From Harriotta raleighana (taxonomy: Eukaryota), in assembly GCA_050575255.1 (NCBI GenBank), contig JBNZDD010013536.1, positions 284,344 to 348,343 on the forward strand: a stretch of 64,000 nucleotides of DNA. The letters are read 5' to 3'. Made by a program: the position numbers and the translations under genes. A model generated the notes under the pieces. That model worked only from the letters and a program-made list of their open reading frames with translations, was not told the DNA's origin and searched no databases. Positions 62,822 to 64,000 of this stretch are shown in pieces. Within the stretch, counting starts at the first letter, position 1, and each line of letters starts with the position of its first letter.

Positions 62822-63680
62822 AACAACAACAACAAAATTTGTATATGTCCTTGGGACATCCTCCCGACTTCTCACGTCGGGAGGATGTCCCAAGGTGCTG
62901 GACAGTCAAAGTTTTAGACTCGAGTTGGGGGGTCGGGATTGAGGAGAGTGGAGGGAAAGGATAGCATTAGTGGTGACTGATGGGATGGTCGAAGAGGAGG
63001 GTCTTGAGACGGGACTTGAAGGAGGTTAGGAAGGGGGCGAGGCGGAGGGACTGTGGGATGGAATTGCAGAGGTTAATGGTGAGTGGTAAGTGGCTGAAGG
63101 CTCACACGCCGATAGTGGGGTGGGTGGGTCGGGGGACATGGAGCAGGCTGCAGCCAGCCGAGCGGAGGGAGCAGACAGGCTGGTAGAGACTTAGAAGCTT
63201 GCAGGGCTTTAAAGGTGAGGATCTGGATCTTGAATGCTCTGAATGATGGGAAGCCAATGGTGTCAGGCAAAAATGAGGGAGCTGGGATCGTGCAGCTTGG
63301 TGCGAGAGAGGACACGGGGGCACAGAGTTCTGGATGATCTGCAGCCTATGGAGAGGGGAGTTGGGAAGGCCGACAGGCAGGGCATTCGTATGGTCAAGTC
63401 TGGGTGTGATGAAGGCATGAGTGAGACTTTCAGCAGCCTGAGGAGTGAGGTAATGGCGGAGTGGGGCAATGTTGCGGAGGTGAGGGAAGGCAGAGCAGGC
63501 CATGGCATGGATGTGGGGGAGAAAAGACAGTTGAGGGTCGACCAAGACACTTATGTTCTTGACTGATTTGGTGAGGTGGGGTGTGTATCCATGGAGATTG
63601 ATGCTGCCAGCGCCTGAGTTGTGGAGGCGCTGGTGCGAGCCGATCAGGAGGACCTCGGTCTTGTTGATGTTCAACTGTAG
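62822..63680 (-). mobile_element. L2 LINE, relatively young, 5'-truncated
   Basis: Translation NINKTEVLLIG...AESLTHAFITPRLDH...RLQIIQN; (CAA)n tail at 62822. Confidence 0.93.
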
Positions 63681-64000
63681 AAAATTCGACAGTGAGAGTG
63701 AGTAAATATGATCTTAAATCTCTCGTCTTCCTCTGTCTCACGCTTCCCTTTGTCGCTAAATCCATCCTAAAACTTACTTTGATAGTGCCTGTGTCAACTC
63801 CCCTGCTCGTCATCGGAGCTTGTTAATGTAAAGTGCAACAAGACAGTCATTATCCCATATGAAAGGTCCGACTATATATAAATGTCAAATTGTTGTTTTC
63901 ATTAATCCTTAAGCCCCACTCAAGCCCCACTTCAGGACCCTGATATTTGATATATGCTGATACTTCAGAGCAGTGTTTCGAACGAACACTGTTGGGGGAG

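Noticed and set aside
63102-63674. 190-aa ORF as a host gene
   Set aside because: L2 ORF2 C-terminal fragment with frameshifts.
1-64000. CRISPR arrays, operons, rRNA or prokaryotic defence systems
   Set aside because: No regularly spaced repeats or gene-dense coding; the sequence is vertebrate intronic/intergenic DNA.

Overview
Eukaryotic (vertebrate) genomic DNA, AT-rich and repeat-dense, with two assembly gaps (902-1398, 43287-44155) and about a dozen single-N joins, most flanked by duplicated sequence. The repeat content (tRNA-headed SINEs with L2-type tails, Deu-domain SINEs, L2 and CR1 LINE fragments, a Penelope-type end) points by inference to a cartilaginous fish, possibly a chimaera. 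No intact gene lies wholly inside the window. The first ~10 kb appear to hold the 3' end of an unidentified plus-strand gene: candidate exons at 2988/3002-3059, 3307-3472 and 6073-6194, then a long 3' UTR. The rest looks intergenic. Nearly all ORFs in the track are N-runs, LINE remnants or chance frames. The most notable observations are: an unclassified modular ~1-kb repeat with a conserved 14-bp hairpin (7 fragments); two CpG-decayed minimal hammerhead-ribozyme motifs; a possible three-way-junction RNA at 21897-21983; a SINE head that folds like a tRNA with an atypical Val(TAC) arm; and several enhancer-like unique islands. I do not see firm evidence of a novel biological system. Repeat boundaries are approximate and were judged by eye.
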